Assembly: GCA_041664925.1 (NCBI GenBank)
Contig: JBAYJV010000001.1
Location: 125,845 to 189,844, forward strand
Direction of reading: 5' to 3'
DNA: 64,000 bases
From: Minisyncoccota bacterium
Lineage (GTDB): Bacteria > Patescibacteriota > Minisyncoccia > JBAYJV01
This document shows positions 8,924 through 17,490 of the stretch, piece by piece (within the stretch, counting starts at the first letter, position 1; each line of letters begins with the position of its first letter). Under the pieces are notes generated by a model. The model was not told the DNA's origin, made no database searches, and was given only the letters and a program-made list of their open reading frames with translations. The translations under genes and the position numbers were made by a program.

Positions 8924-9112
8924 ATTGTCACATAGCTCAAGATATAGCAGAGCGGCGGCCCAAAAACCGTGTCAGACCGATGGGGCATAGGGGCAGTGCT
9001 GGCAAGCACATAGGCCCTCAAAACCTAGGTCGCGAGATAATGCATCTCGTTGTGTGAGTCGAAACTCACTGTGGCAGCACAGCCGTATGGTTCGCCCAGC
9101 GGCTTTTTTTTA
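8924..9112 (+). ncRNA. candidate structured RNA (~190 nt), family unassigned
   Basis: The segment is GC-rich (>50% against a ~33% background) and has no ORF. It has multiple perfect hairpins (GCGAGAT, aatgc, ATCTCGt; GTGAGT, cgaaa, ACTCAC; CTGTG, gcag, CACAG). It is followed by GGC plus T8 at 9101..9112. It contains AUAGGGGCAG, reminiscent of the RNase P P4-P5 junction, but it is far too short for a bacterial RNase P RNA. Confidence 0.45.
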
Positions 9113-9164
9113 TCAATAGTCGCTATATTGTTATTAATATAGATATACAAATTGCCTACAAAGA

Positions 9165-9192
9165 TTGACTTTTTTTATCAATATGCTATAAT
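9165..9192 (+). promoter_or_regulatory. sigma70 promoter (TTGACT, 16-nt spacer, TGcTATAAT) for the small-ORF pair
   Basis: GATTGACTTTTTTTATCAATATGCTATAATATAATC. It shares the extended -10 TGCTATAAT with the two sRNA promoters. Confidence 0.6.
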
Positions 9193-9222
9193 ATAATCAT
9201 ACGGTAAAAGGAGGTAGCGGTC

Positions 9223-9420
9223 ATGTCTCTATTAGATGAGTATCGTAATTGTTCTACCAATCCCCCGACCGATGTTGCGAAAAGGATTTTGTTTGATGTT
9301 ATCGACGATATTACTAGTCGAAGCGGATGGGATTGGGACGACGATCCAGTAGTTGATGACGAAACGAAAGAGGAAATCCTAGAAACAAATCTAGAAAAAA
9401 TCCAACGCCATCTGCAGTAA
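9223..9420 (+). CDS. small highly acidic protein (65 aa), hypothetical
   Basis: Strong RBS AAAGGAGG 7 nt upstream. About 17 D/E against 7 K/R/H, with a DDDPVVDDETKEE stretch. Its GC content is clearly above the local background. Confidence 0.5.
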   Translation: MSLLDEYRNCSTNPPTDVAKRILFDVIDDITSRSGWDWDDDPVVDDETKEEILETNLEKIQRHLQ

Positions 9421-9453
9421 GAATAAATTAGGGTCAATGAAAGGAGGACAGTT

Positions 9454-9663
9454 ATGGATGATACTTGGAGTGTTAAGTGTCAAAGTTGTGGCGTTGAGTA
9501 CAAGGTAGAAGCATCTGGAGAACAAGAAGCTATCAAAGCTGCTAGGAAAGAACACGAACGAGTGAATGCAGAAGCGACGGCTTTTCGGTGCGATCTTGGT
9601 CCCTTCATGACTCACGCGTTCAATCTCACTCACCCTGATCATCCATGCGCTCCGAAAGAATAG
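9454..9663 (+). CDS. small Cys-containing (zinc-ribbon-like CxxC) protein, hypothetical
   Basis: 69 aa. RBS AAAGGAGG upstream. CQSC...C...HPDHPC. It is GC-rich like its neighbour. Confidence 0.5.
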   Translation: MDDTWSVKCQSCGVEYKVEASGEQEAIKAARKEHERVNAEATAFRCDLGPFMTHAFNLTHPDHPCAPKE

Positions 9664-9698
9664 TGAACCAATATCGCTACTCATCAAGTTCGCCTCGA

Positions 9699-9732
9699 GT
9701 CCCATTCAGCGTGTCTGTTTGGGACTTTTTTT
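9699..9732. terminator. bidirectional intrinsic terminator
   Basis: GTCCCA, loop TTCAGCGTGTCTGTT, TGGGAC then T7. It lies between 9454..9663(+) and 9731..10180(-). Confidence 0.65.
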
Positions 9733-10180
9733 ATTTATTATGAAATTTTTTATCCTTAGGAATGTCGTAATAAGTTATTCCTTTCTCATGGCTTTCAATG
9801 GATATTCTGCAAATATCAAATAACGGCTGAGGAAGGTTATTTAAATCATACCAATCCCACGACTCGCATTTTTCAGGCTCTAAAACTTTCGGCTCGCCGC
9901 TTTTGAAGTCCGCCAATAATCCGATATGAACATAATGTTTTGGCGCATAAGCGATAACATTGGCTAAAAATTGGAAACGGATATTTTTAATTTCAATGCC
10001 GCATTCTTCGCGAACTTCTCTTCTCGCACAATCTTCAAAAGATTCCATATATTCAAGATGTCCTCCGGGAAAGGCATATTCTCCTTCGCCATGCGACCCT
10101 TTTCTTTTTCCAAGTAAAAATTTCCCATCCTTAAAAATCATCACGCCAACTCCAACTTTTGGTTTATCGTTTTGATCCAT
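9731..10180 (-). CDS. NUDIX hydrolase
   Basis: Nudix box GGHLEYMESFEDCARREVREECG (Gx5Ex7REuxEExG). Confidence 0.8.
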   Translation of the reverse strand: MDQNDKPKVGVGVMIFKDGKFLLGKRKGSHGEGEYAFPGGHLEYMESFEDCARREVREECGIEIKNIRFQFLANVIAYAPKHYVHIGLLADFKSGEPKVLEPEKCESWDWYDLNNLPQPLFDICRISIESHEKGITYYDIPKDKKFHNK

Positions 10181-10195
10181 AAATTTAGGTTATAA

Positions 10196-10225
10196 AAATT
10201 TACGAAGTCCGACTTCGTAAAAATT
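10196..10225 (-). terminator. intrinsic terminator (perfect 10-bp stem)
   Basis: TTACGAAGTC, loop CG, GACTTCGTAA flanked by A/T runs. It lies downstream of 10224..10865(-). Confidence 0.6.
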
Positions 10226-10865
10226 ATAGTTTAATTTCTTTTCCATTTCCAACTAATTTTACTTCCTCATCTTGAACTAATATTGCCTGTTCGTCGGTAA
10301 GTATTCTAACTGGATATTTTGATGTCTTGATTTTTTCTTTTAATAATTCTTGATATTCAGGTTTGTAGTGCGCTGTGACCAAAAAAGGCACTAAATTAAG
10401 AGCTGTGAAATCAGTAATTCCATAATGATTATATTTGTCCTGATGCTTCCAAGTAGCCATCTCTATCGTCGGACAAGCAATGTATGAACCAGCGCTCGAT
10501 CCAATATATATAATTCCATTTCTTACTAATTCTTTTATCACTTTATCAAAGCCACTCTCAAGAACAACTTTTAATAAATAGAAGGTATTGCCTCCTTCAA
10601 CATGAATAATTTCTTTATTTTTTAGTATGTCTTCTAATTCTTGTTCATTTTTGCCCTCTATATCTATCTCTTTAAAATTATAATTGAGTTCTTTCATTCG
10701 TTTCCTGTGTCGCTCTAGATAAGAAATATCAGAAACGCCTTTTGAGGCAGTTGTAATATAAGCTATCTTCATTTGAGTGATCGGTTTTGGCAAAAAAGAC
10801 AAATCCCCATCAGTCAAAAATTTTCCGCTTGATGTTAATAATATAGTTTGCATATTTTGTACCAC
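10224..10865 (-). CDS. peptidase S51 (dipeptidase E / PepE-like)
   Basis: 213 aa with a GGNTFYLL motif and IGSSAG nucleophile-elbow region typical of the S51 family. Confidence 0.6.
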   Translation of the reverse strand: MVQNMQTILLTSSGKFLTDGDLSFLPKPITQMKIAYITTASKGVSDISYLERHRKRMKELNYNFKEIDIEGKNEQELEDILKNKEIIHVEGGNTFYLLKVVLESGFDKVIKELVRNGIIYIGSSAGSYIACPTIEMATWKHQDKYNHYGITDFTALNLVPFLVTAHYKPEYQELLKEKIKTSKYPVRILTDEQAILVQDEEVKLVGNGKEIKL

Positions 10866-10875
10866 CTAGTCAGAA

Positions 10876-13647
10876 TTAAGAATATTTTTCTAAACAACAT
10901 TTTTTAAACTTCTTGCCCGAGCCGCATGGACAGGGATCATTTCTGCCAACATGCTTAAATTCTGGCGGGGTGTTGTCGTTGCTTGACTGCTTTTGTTCTT
11001 GCTCTTTGGAAAATCTTTCAATCGCATTTTCTGGCGCATCTTTTTTCACCTGCGATAAAAGCGGTTTATTTTGATCTTGAGTTTTAGCTGCTCCTTGTAA
11101 AATTATCGGTGTTTCACGGCGAATAAAACGAGCATTCGGTTGTTCTTGAATTTCTATTCTGAAAAATCTTTTGAGCGTTTCTCTTCTTATATCAAACAAT
11201 AACTCCTTAAATCTCTGGTAGCCATCATTTTTATATTCTACAAGCGGATCTCTTTGTCCATAAGCTCGCAATCTCACGCTGTCGCGCAAATATTCCATAC
11301 CATCTAAATGTTCCATCCAAAAAAGATCAATTGTTGATAGAAGTAGTCCTCTAGAAACTTGAATAAAAACTTCTTTATCAGCCACTTCTCTGATTTTTGA
11401 AATTCTTTCAAGAGCAGAATTGATGATTATATTTTTAATTTTTTCTCTTTTTTCTGAAGGCGTAATGTTTTCATCCTTAATTCCAAGAAGTGTTTTGTGA
11501 AGATCTTGATTTAAATGAAAAGCGGCAACACCCTCTTCGGCTAATTCCTCAAGATTCCACATTCTTTCTTCTCGTTCGGGAAGAAGAGCATTGGTCATTT
11601 CCTCGGCTTCTTTTCCAATATATTCCTTGAATGTTTCCTCTGGCTTATCGCTTTCCAAAATTTCGTTGCGCTTACGATAAATAGTTTCTCGGTGAACATT
11701 CATAACATCATCGTATTCCAAAACATGTTTTCTGGCATCAAAATGAAATCCTTCTATTTTGCCTTGAGCAGATTCAAGCGCGCGAGAAACCATTGCATTT
11801 TCAATCGGCTGATCTTCGGGTATGCCAAATTTTCCCATTAAATTCTTGATGCGATCGGAACCAAAAACCCTCATTAAATCGTCTTCAAGTGAAACGAAGA
11901 ATTGAGATTCTCCCGGATCACCCTGACGACCAGCGCGACCTCTTAACTGATTGTCGATTCTGCGAGCTTCATGGCGTTCCGTACCAATGACGCAAAGTCC
12001 GCCAGCTTCTTTAACTTTCTTTGCCTCTTCTTCATTAAAAGGATTACCTCCTAAGACAATATCAACACCACGGCCAGCCATATTAGTTGCAATTGTTACC
12101 GCCCCAAATCTGCCTGCTTGAGCAATAATTTCTCCTTCTCTCTCATGGTTTTTTGCATTCAAAAGATTGTGTTCTATGCCTTCGACTTTAAGAAGCGCCC
12201 CTAAGCGTTCATTTTTTTCAATAGAAATTGTGCCAACCAAAACGGGTTGGCCTTTTTTATTGCATTCTTTTATTTTTCTAATGATTGCTTCGTATTTTCC
12301 TTTTTCGGTTTGGTAAATACTATCCGGCCTGTCTTTACGAATTAATGGTCTGTGAGTGGGAATTGACGTGACATCAAGTTTATAAACTTTGTGAAATTCT
12401 TCCGCACTCGTCAAAGCGGTTCCGGTCATACCGGCTAATTTTTTATAAAGTCTGAAATAGTTTTGAAAAGTAATCGTTGCTAGGGTTCGTGATTCCTTAT
12501 TGACTTCAACTCCTTCCTTGGCTTCGATTGCCTGATGAAGACCTTCTGAATAGCGTCTTCCCGGCATAAGGCGACCCGTAAAGTCATCAACAATAATAAC
12601 TTCGCCATCCTTGACGACATAATTTTTATCACGCTTGAAAAGAATCTCCGCTTGAAGCGCTTGTTCTAAATGATGAAGAATGTCTATATTTGATCCTGAA
12701 TAAATATCGGCCATCCCCAAAAGTTTTTCGACATGATTAATGCCTTCTTCCGTCAGTGTTACCGCCCTCATTTTCTCATCTAAGTTGTAATCAGTATTTT
12801 CTTTTAATTTGGGAACAACTTGAGACAACGTTTTATAAAGTTCGCTTGAATTTGTGTCCGGCTGGGAAATAATCAGAGGCGTTCTGGCTTCATCAATTAA
12901 TATGGAATCTACTTCGTCGACAATGCCATAGCTATGACCTCTTTGCGATTTTTGGGATAGATCATAAACCATATTGTCTCTCAAATAATCAAAACCGTAT
13001 TCATTGTTTGTTCCATAAGTAATATCCATCGCATATGCTTGTCTTCTTTCGCAAGGTCTTAAAAATTCTTGAACAACATGAAAAGATCCAAGCTCATCGC
13101 GTTTTTCATCGAGAATTTCTTCTTCTTTGTCTGTTTTTTTCCAAGTCGAATCATAAAGAAATGATTGATTTTGTTGTTGAATGCAACCGATTGTTAATCC
13201 CAAAAAATCGTAAATCTGACCCATCCAAACAGCATCTCTTCGAGCCAAATAATCATTGACCGTAACCACATGGGCGCCTTTTCCCGTCAAAGCATTTAAA
13301 TAAACCGCCAATGTTGCTGCCAAGGTTTTCCCTTCTCCAGTTTTCATTTCAACAACATGACCACGATGGAGAGCAATACCACACATAAGCTGTTCATCAA
13401 AATGACGCTGTTTTAATGTGCGTTTTGACGCTTCTCTGACCAATGCAAAAGCAAGTGCTAACGCACCATCAACTGTCAATTCTCCATTTTCAACGCTATG
13501 TTTTAGCTTTATGCTTTTTTCTTTAATTTGGACATCAGAAAGCTTTTCGAGTTCCGGCTCGAAATTATTAACTTGATCAATAATCGGTCTTAAACCATCT
13601 GTGTACTTTTTATTGGCATCGCCAAAAATTTTAGATAGAATCCCCAT
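10876..13647 (-). CDS. secA: preprotein translocase ATPase SecA
   Basis: 923 aa with a Walker A MKTGEGKTL and a C-terminal zinc finger CPCGSGKKFKKCC. Confidence 0.95.
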   Translation of the reverse strand: MGILSKIFGDANKKYTDGLRPIIDQVNNFEPELEKLSDVQIKEKSIKLKHSVENGELTVDGALALAFALVREASKRTLKQRHFDEQLMCGIALHRGHVVEMKTGEGKTLAATLAVYLNALTGKGAHVVTVNDYLARRDAVWMGQIYDFLGLTIGCIQQQNQSFLYDSTWKKTDKEEEILDEKRDELGSFHVVQEFLRPCERRQAYAMDITYGTNNEYGFDYLRDNMVYDLSQKSQRGHSYGIVDEVDSILIDEARTPLIISQPDTNSSELYKTLSQVVPKLKENTDYNLDEKMRAVTLTEEGINHVEKLLGMADIYSGSNIDILHHLEQALQAEILFKRDKNYVVKDGEVIIVDDFTGRLMPGRRYSEGLHQAIEAKEGVEVNKESRTLATITFQNYFRLYKKLAGMTGTALTSAEEFHKVYKLDVTSIPTHRPLIRKDRPDSIYQTEKGKYEAIIRKIKECNKKGQPVLVGTISIEKNERLGALLKVEGIEHNLLNAKNHEREGEIIAQAGRFGAVTIATNMAGRGVDIVLGGNPFNEEEAKKVKEAGGLCVIGTERHEARRIDNQLRGRAGRQGDPGESQFFVSLEDDLMRVFGSDRIKNLMGKFGIPEDQPIENAMVSRALESAQGKIEGFHFDARKHVLEYDDVMNVHRETIYRKRNEILESDKPEETFKEYIGKEAEEMTNALLPEREERMWNLEELAEEGVAAFHLNQDLHKTLLGIKDENITPSEKREKIKNIIINSALERISKIREVADKEVFIQVSRGLLLSTIDLFWMEHLDGMEYLRDSVRLRAYGQRDPLVEYKNDGYQRFKELLFDIRRETLKRFFRIEIQEQPNARFIRRETPIILQGAAKTQDQNKPLLSQVKKDAPENAIERFSKEQEQKQSSNDNTPPEFKHVGRNDPCPCGSGKKFKKCCLEKYS

Positions 13648-13709
13648 AAAATATAAGTGAAAAAAATAAAAATGCGCACTTATATCATTGTACTCCTAAA
13701 AACGTAAAA

Positions 13710-13745
13710 TTCAAAGAAAAAACCCCGCTACTCTGCGTAGCGGGG
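13710..13745 (-). terminator. intrinsic terminator downstream of 13752..14972
   Basis: On the minus strand, CCCCGCTAC, loop GCAGA, GTAGCGGGG followed by TTTTTTCTTT. Confidence 0.7.
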
Positions 13746-13751
13746 ATGATC

Positions 13752-14972
13752 TCAAGAAACTATTTCTTTGGTCCTGAGATGCGCTTCTTGGACGATTTCG
13801 GAATGCCATCTAGTGTGGTCATCTCCAACCGTTCCAAGTTTTCCAGCCTTCGCCATCTCTAGAAGATTGTGGAATTCATCCATTCTCCTTTTAGTATCTG
13901 GCTGAATCACGATATGATTGGTGACTTGATTGCTCCCGGGCGATTCAAGGACGCTAAAGTCCATTCTTTGAACCGTCTGGGCAGAGAATGTGTCAGAAAC
14001 AACGAAAGGCAAAGCGTCTACTGGATCAGAGCAATATCCCAGTGCTTCTGCAATTTCTTTGTAGATAGTATCGATAATTCTTGTCTGCTCAGGATCTCTC
14101 CCATGCCATTTCAAACTATCACGCTCATCAATTGTTGCAACTGGAGCATCCATTGCCATCAGGTGTAATCCCTCTTTGATATCATTAAAATGAGCAAATC
14201 GAATTCCAGACTTCTCGGCCAACCTGAGGATCTTTTGGAATTCAACCCACTTATCTAGTTGAGGAACACCATTAACGTGATTGATTAGTGGCACTTCAAG
14301 ATCTGTGAAGAATATCACGAGATTGTGCTTACTTGCAGCCAAACACCTTCTCATTTCATAGACAAAGTCTTGAGGCGTGGTTTCGTTCCGGTGCATTCTA
14401 AGATAAACAGATCTCATCTCAGAGGCCTCAGCGACAAAAACCGGAACGCCATTACATAAAATGATTTCGTCTTTGAGTGGTTTTCTCGTGTCTTGATCTT
14501 CTGGCCAATATTCATAGCTGCAGTTGAGGTCTTTGAGACTTAGAATTCCTCCCTCAGAGCCAACTGTAGCCAAGAAATCGGTAATTCCAAGAGAACTTAC
14601 ATCCATCTCCGGCCAGCAGTGAACCCAGCTTAACTTCTTTCGTGGAATGTATTTTGCTAAAACCTTAAGAGTGATTTCGATTTGAGCTCTTCTTAGTTGC
14701 GGAAAAGAACTTGCCAGCATATGAGTTTGAAAACCCGGCGTTACGCTAATCAAAGGATTTCTGTCAATCTCAGTTAGTGATTTTCTGTCAGCAATATCCA
14801 AGAACAGAACATCTTCGCCCTGATAAGAGAGTTCTGTTGGAACCTGAATGCTGGATAGAAGTTGTCTATACCAACCCTGAGATAATGCTTGACGCATAGA
14901 GCCGAAAGGCCACTCAGAATGACGGAAATTTCCATGAAGAACCATTACTACGGTCGGCTGTACAAACCTCAT
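13752..14972 (-). CDS. hypothetical (beta/alpha)7-barrel carbohydrate-active enzyme, tentatively GH57-like / polysaccharide-deacetylase-like
   Basis: 406 aa. N-terminal VVMVLHGNFRHSEW loosely resembles the GH57 LHxHxPyvRH start. It is markedly GC-richer (~45%) than its neighbours. The assignment is weak. Confidence 0.3.
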   Translation of the reverse strand: MRFVQPTVVMVLHGNFRHSEWPFGSMRQALSQGWYRQLLSSIQVPTELSYQGEDVLFLDIADRKSLTEIDRNPLISVTPGFQTHMLASSFPQLRRAQIEITLKVLAKYIPRKKLSWVHCWPEMDVSSLGITDFLATVGSEGGILSLKDLNCSYEYWPEDQDTRKPLKDEIILCNGVPVFVAEASEMRSVYLRMHRNETTPQDFVYEMRRCLAASKHNLVIFFTDLEVPLINHVNGVPQLDKWVEFQKILRLAEKSGIRFAHFNDIKEGLHLMAMDAPVATIDERDSLKWHGRDPEQTRIIDTIYKEIAEALGYCSDPVDALPFVVSDTFSAQTVQRMDFSVLESPGSNQVTNHIVIQPDTKRRMDEFHNLLEMAKAGKLGTVGDDHTRWHSEIVQEAHLRTKEIVS

Positions 14973-15075
14973 GTATCCTCCTTATTTTTTGTTAAAGTAC
15001 GATTTCATTGCTCATTATAATACTTATTTATCAAATTGTCAATAGTTTTAATTGAAAAGGACCTTTTTTAATCTT

Positions 15076-15107
15076 ATATAAAAAAAGCCTGCTATTGCTA
15101 ACAGGCT
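15076..15107 (-). terminator. intrinsic terminator overlapping the 3' end of 15098..15658
   Basis: AGCCTG, loop CTATTGCTAA, CAGGCT with a T-run on the minus strand. The stop codon lies in the loop. Confidence 0.5.
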
Positions 15108-15658
15108 TTTAGGTGTCTGTATTCAGAAAAAATTCTCGTATAAATGAATTTTTTAACTGGCGGGAAAAGACCAAGAAAGAACAAAAGCCAAGATATGGTC
15201 TCGTGCACAACATCTTGTTTATCCAGATAAGCAGAAGTTTTCTCTACAAAATCAATATCTCTCATCCAATAATTAAACAATTTTAGTATCTTTACGACTA
15301 AACAAATTCGCTTTATGTGCCCAAGATTGCTTACAAGAAAAATCCTTTTCCATTTTCTTTTTTGAATAATATCAGCGGCATCAGTGAAATTTGTCCATGT
15401 ATCATAAGATCCATCGGCTACATAGATGAGTTTCTCAGGAACACCATGTTCCGCTAACCAATCTTTCATATCGTGAGCAATAACTCTGTCCTTAGACGGA
15501 TGGTGAACTCCTCCAGTTACAAGAATAGATCTGCTCTTGTCTTCTTGCCAAACTTCAAGTCCTCTCTCAAGCCTAGAAACTAGATCTTGAGAAAGTTCTC
15601 CTATCCTTTTGTCATACGCTTCAGCAAAAATCATTACAGCTTCATCAACGAGACTCAT
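15098..15658 (-). CDS. DUF218 (YdcF/SanA/ElyC-like) domain protein
   Basis: 186 aa with ILVTGG, GVP and DT motifs characteristic of DUF218. Confidence 0.55.
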   Translation of the reverse strand: MSLVDEAVMIFAEAYDKRIGELSQDLVSRLERGLEVWQEDKSRSILVTGGVHHPSKDRVIAHDMKDWLAEHGVPEKLIYVADGSYDTWTNFTDAADIIQKRKWKRIFLVSNLGHIKRICLVVKILKLFNYWMRDIDFVEKTSAYLDKQDVVHETISWLLFFLGLFPPVKKFIYTRIFSEYRHLKAC

Positions 15659-15663
15659 TCCCC

Positions 15664-15723
15664 TCCTTTTTTTCTTTTTAAAGAACCGCCGTTATCCTAT
15701 CAAAATTACTAATAAAAGTCAAT
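15664..15723 (-). promoter_or_regulatory. duplicated promoter/5'UTR module, copy 1 (upstream of the DUF218 gene)
   Basis: As read on the plus strand, a ~48-nt near-identical block (TCCTTTTTTTCTTTTTAAAGAACCGCCGTTATCCTATCAAAATTA) is shared with 19047..19107. On the minus strand it contains TTGACT, a 17-nt spacer, TAGGAT, the sequence AACGGCGGTTCTTTAAAAAG, an AAGGAGG RBS, then ATG. Confidence 0.6.
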
Positions 15724-15835
15724 ACATTCTACTTAAAAATAACTAGAAAATTTGACTTTTTTAAAATATTGTATTAGGATGATTTTTGGCAAATGGATTG
15801 CCAAAAGTACCTTAAAAAATCAGCTAGGAGGAGAA

Positions 15836-16564
15836 ATGGAAAAGGGTAAGTTTATTAGAGGAGTCGCATTTGATCTTGAAGGAACAGTTGTCAACTTAGA
15901 GCCAATTCATCATCAATCCCACATTCTTTCAGCTCAAGATGTTGGATTGCGTCTAACGCTAGATGACTGTTTTGAAAGGCTTCCTCACTTTATTGGCGGG
16001 CCAGATGAAAAGGTCGCAGAAGAAATTGCTCACGAAGTTGGCGCCACCAATCCTGATGTTGCATCTCGAATTCTTGAAAGCAAAAGAGCCCATTATGAAA
16101 GACTATTTAGAGATTTTTCTTTTACTACTCGACCAGGATTCTTTGAAATTTTTGGATGGTTAAGAGCGCATAATCTTGGAGTTGCAATCGGCACGGCTAC
16201 GCCTTTTTCAAGGATTCGACCCATTCTTGATCGATCAGGATTATCCATGTTATTTACAAAAAAAGAAATTATCACAGAGATTGATGTTAAGCATAATAAA
16301 CCTGCTCCAGATATTTTTCTTGAAACAGCGAAAAGAATGGGGGTAAATCCAGATCAACAACTGGTTTTTGAGGATTCCCCGCGCGGAGTTATGGCAGGCA
16401 TAGCGGCTGGATCTCTTGTTGTTGGAATGCCTATTTATAAGAAAGCTTCGGTGCTTCAGGCGTTGCTAGAAGCAGGAGTATCAAGAATCTTTATGGAATG
16501 GAACGAAATAGAAATCGCCGCCCTGATAATCAATTTAAGCTCTGAGCCTCAAAGAACACAATGA
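15836..16564 (+). CDS. HAD-superfamily hydrolase (HAD-IA, beta-phosphoglucomutase/phosphatase-like)
   Basis: Motif I FDLEGT, motif III KPAPDIF and motif IV FEDSPRGVMAG are present. The start was moved to the ATG with the AGGAGG RBS, which is codon 29 of the listed ORF. Confidence 0.65.
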   Translation: MEKGKFIRGVAFDLEGTVVNLEPIHHQSHILSAQDVGLRLTLDDCFERLPHFIGGPDEKVAEEIAHEVGATNPDVASRILESKRAHYERLFRDFSFTTRPGFFEIFGWLRAHNLGVAIGTATPFSRIRPILDRSGLSMLFTKKEIITEIDVKHNKPAPDIFLETAKRMGVNPDQQLVFEDSPRGVMAGIAAGSLVVGMPIYKKASVLQALLEAGVSRIFMEWNEIEIAALIINLSSEPQRTQ

Positions 16565-17433
16565 TGATGCTAGGACAGAAGCGAATACTAAGTGAAAATT
16601 CCAAAGGATCGTTGCTGATTATTGCAGCAATGGCAATCTTCAGTCTCTATGGTGTTTTTGTAAGATCGATAAAAGCGTCACCAGAAATCATTCTTTTCTT
16701 TAACGCTCTGATAGTCGCTCTTATTTTCCGCTTCATTTTCTTTAAAAATAGAGAGAACTTCAACATCAAAAAACACTGGTTAATGATTCTTGCCCTAGGA
16801 GCGGTTTTTGTGGGCAATAACTTTTTCTTCTTTACCGCCTTCAAATTTACCACGATGTCTAATGCTATTCTAGCGCATTATACTGCTCCGATTTTTGTTG
16901 CAGTCTTAGCTCCTTTCTTACTCAAAGAAAGAATGGAAAAAAATAGCTGGATAGCGCTATTTCTCTCCTTTATTGGCCTTATTATTCTTGGCATTAAAGG
17001 ATTAGCACTAAGCCATAATGATCTTCTGGGCATTCTTTTCGGAACTGGTTCCGGATTGATGTATGGATTATCAATCATTGTCTATAAATATCTGCTTAGA
17101 GATCTGTCTGTGTTGACGCTCATTTTCTATCAATCATTGTTGGGTTCTTTAATTCTAGCGCCATTCATTGCGCCGCAAATCACGCTATCCCTTCCTTTTC
17201 TTTGGTTCGTTGCCTTTGCTCTGCTTTTCGGAATCATAGCAACTTTCCTTCACTTCCAAGGCATGAAAAGAGTCAAGGCACAACATGCAGGTATAATTGG
17301 TTATTCAGAACCCTTGTTCGGGACAATCTATGGTTTCTTGTTTTTTGCTGAAAAACCAACTATCGCAACTGCAATTGGCGGAGGGTTAATTGTTCTTGGG
17401 GGATTCATAATCCTCAGAAATCAAAATCATTAA
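16561..17433 (+). CDS. EamA/DMT-family transporter (10 TM)
   Basis: 290 aa, duplicated 5-TM EamA-like hydrophobic pattern. ATGA overlap with the HAD gene. Confidence 0.65.
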   Translation: MMMLGQKRILSENSKGSLLIIAAMAIFSLYGVFVRSIKASPEIILFFNALIVALIFRFIFFKNRENFNIKKHWLMILALGAVFVGNNFFFFTAFKFTTMSNAILAHYTAPIFVAVLAPFLLKERMEKNSWIALFLSFIGLIILGIKGLALSHNDLLGILFGTGSGLMYGLSIIVYKYLLRDLSVLTLIFYQSLLGSLILAPFIAPQITLSLPFLWFVAFALLFGIIATFLHFQGMKRVKAQHAGIIGYSEPLFGTIYGFLFFAEKPTIATAIGGGLIVLGGFIILRNQNH

Positions 17434-17451
17434 AGAATATTTACAAAAGAA

Positions 17452-17490
17452 AAAGGCCTGTCGTATGAAACGATAGGCCTGTTTTTTTAT
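17452..17490. terminator. bidirectional intrinsic terminator
   Basis: GGCCTGTCG, loop TATGAAA, CGATAGGCC then TGTTTTTTT. It lies between convergent genes. Confidence 0.55.

Noticed and set aside
8924-9112. sRNA 2 as RNase P RNA or as a riboswitch for the downstream mini-ORFs
   Set aside because: The RNase-P-like AUAGGGGCAG is a single short motif and the RNA is roughly half the minimal bacterial RNase P length. A riboswitch is unlikely because a full terminator and a separate consensus promoter intervene before the ORFs, and no known aptamer consensus was recognisable.
13752-14972. Confident GH57 amylase assignment for the 406-aa GC-rich protein
   Set aside because: Only a loose N-terminal resemblance (LHGNFRHSEW against the GH57 HxHxP...W). 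No catalytic Glu or Asp could be placed by eye. The call is kept as a low-confidence carbohydrate-active barrel protein.
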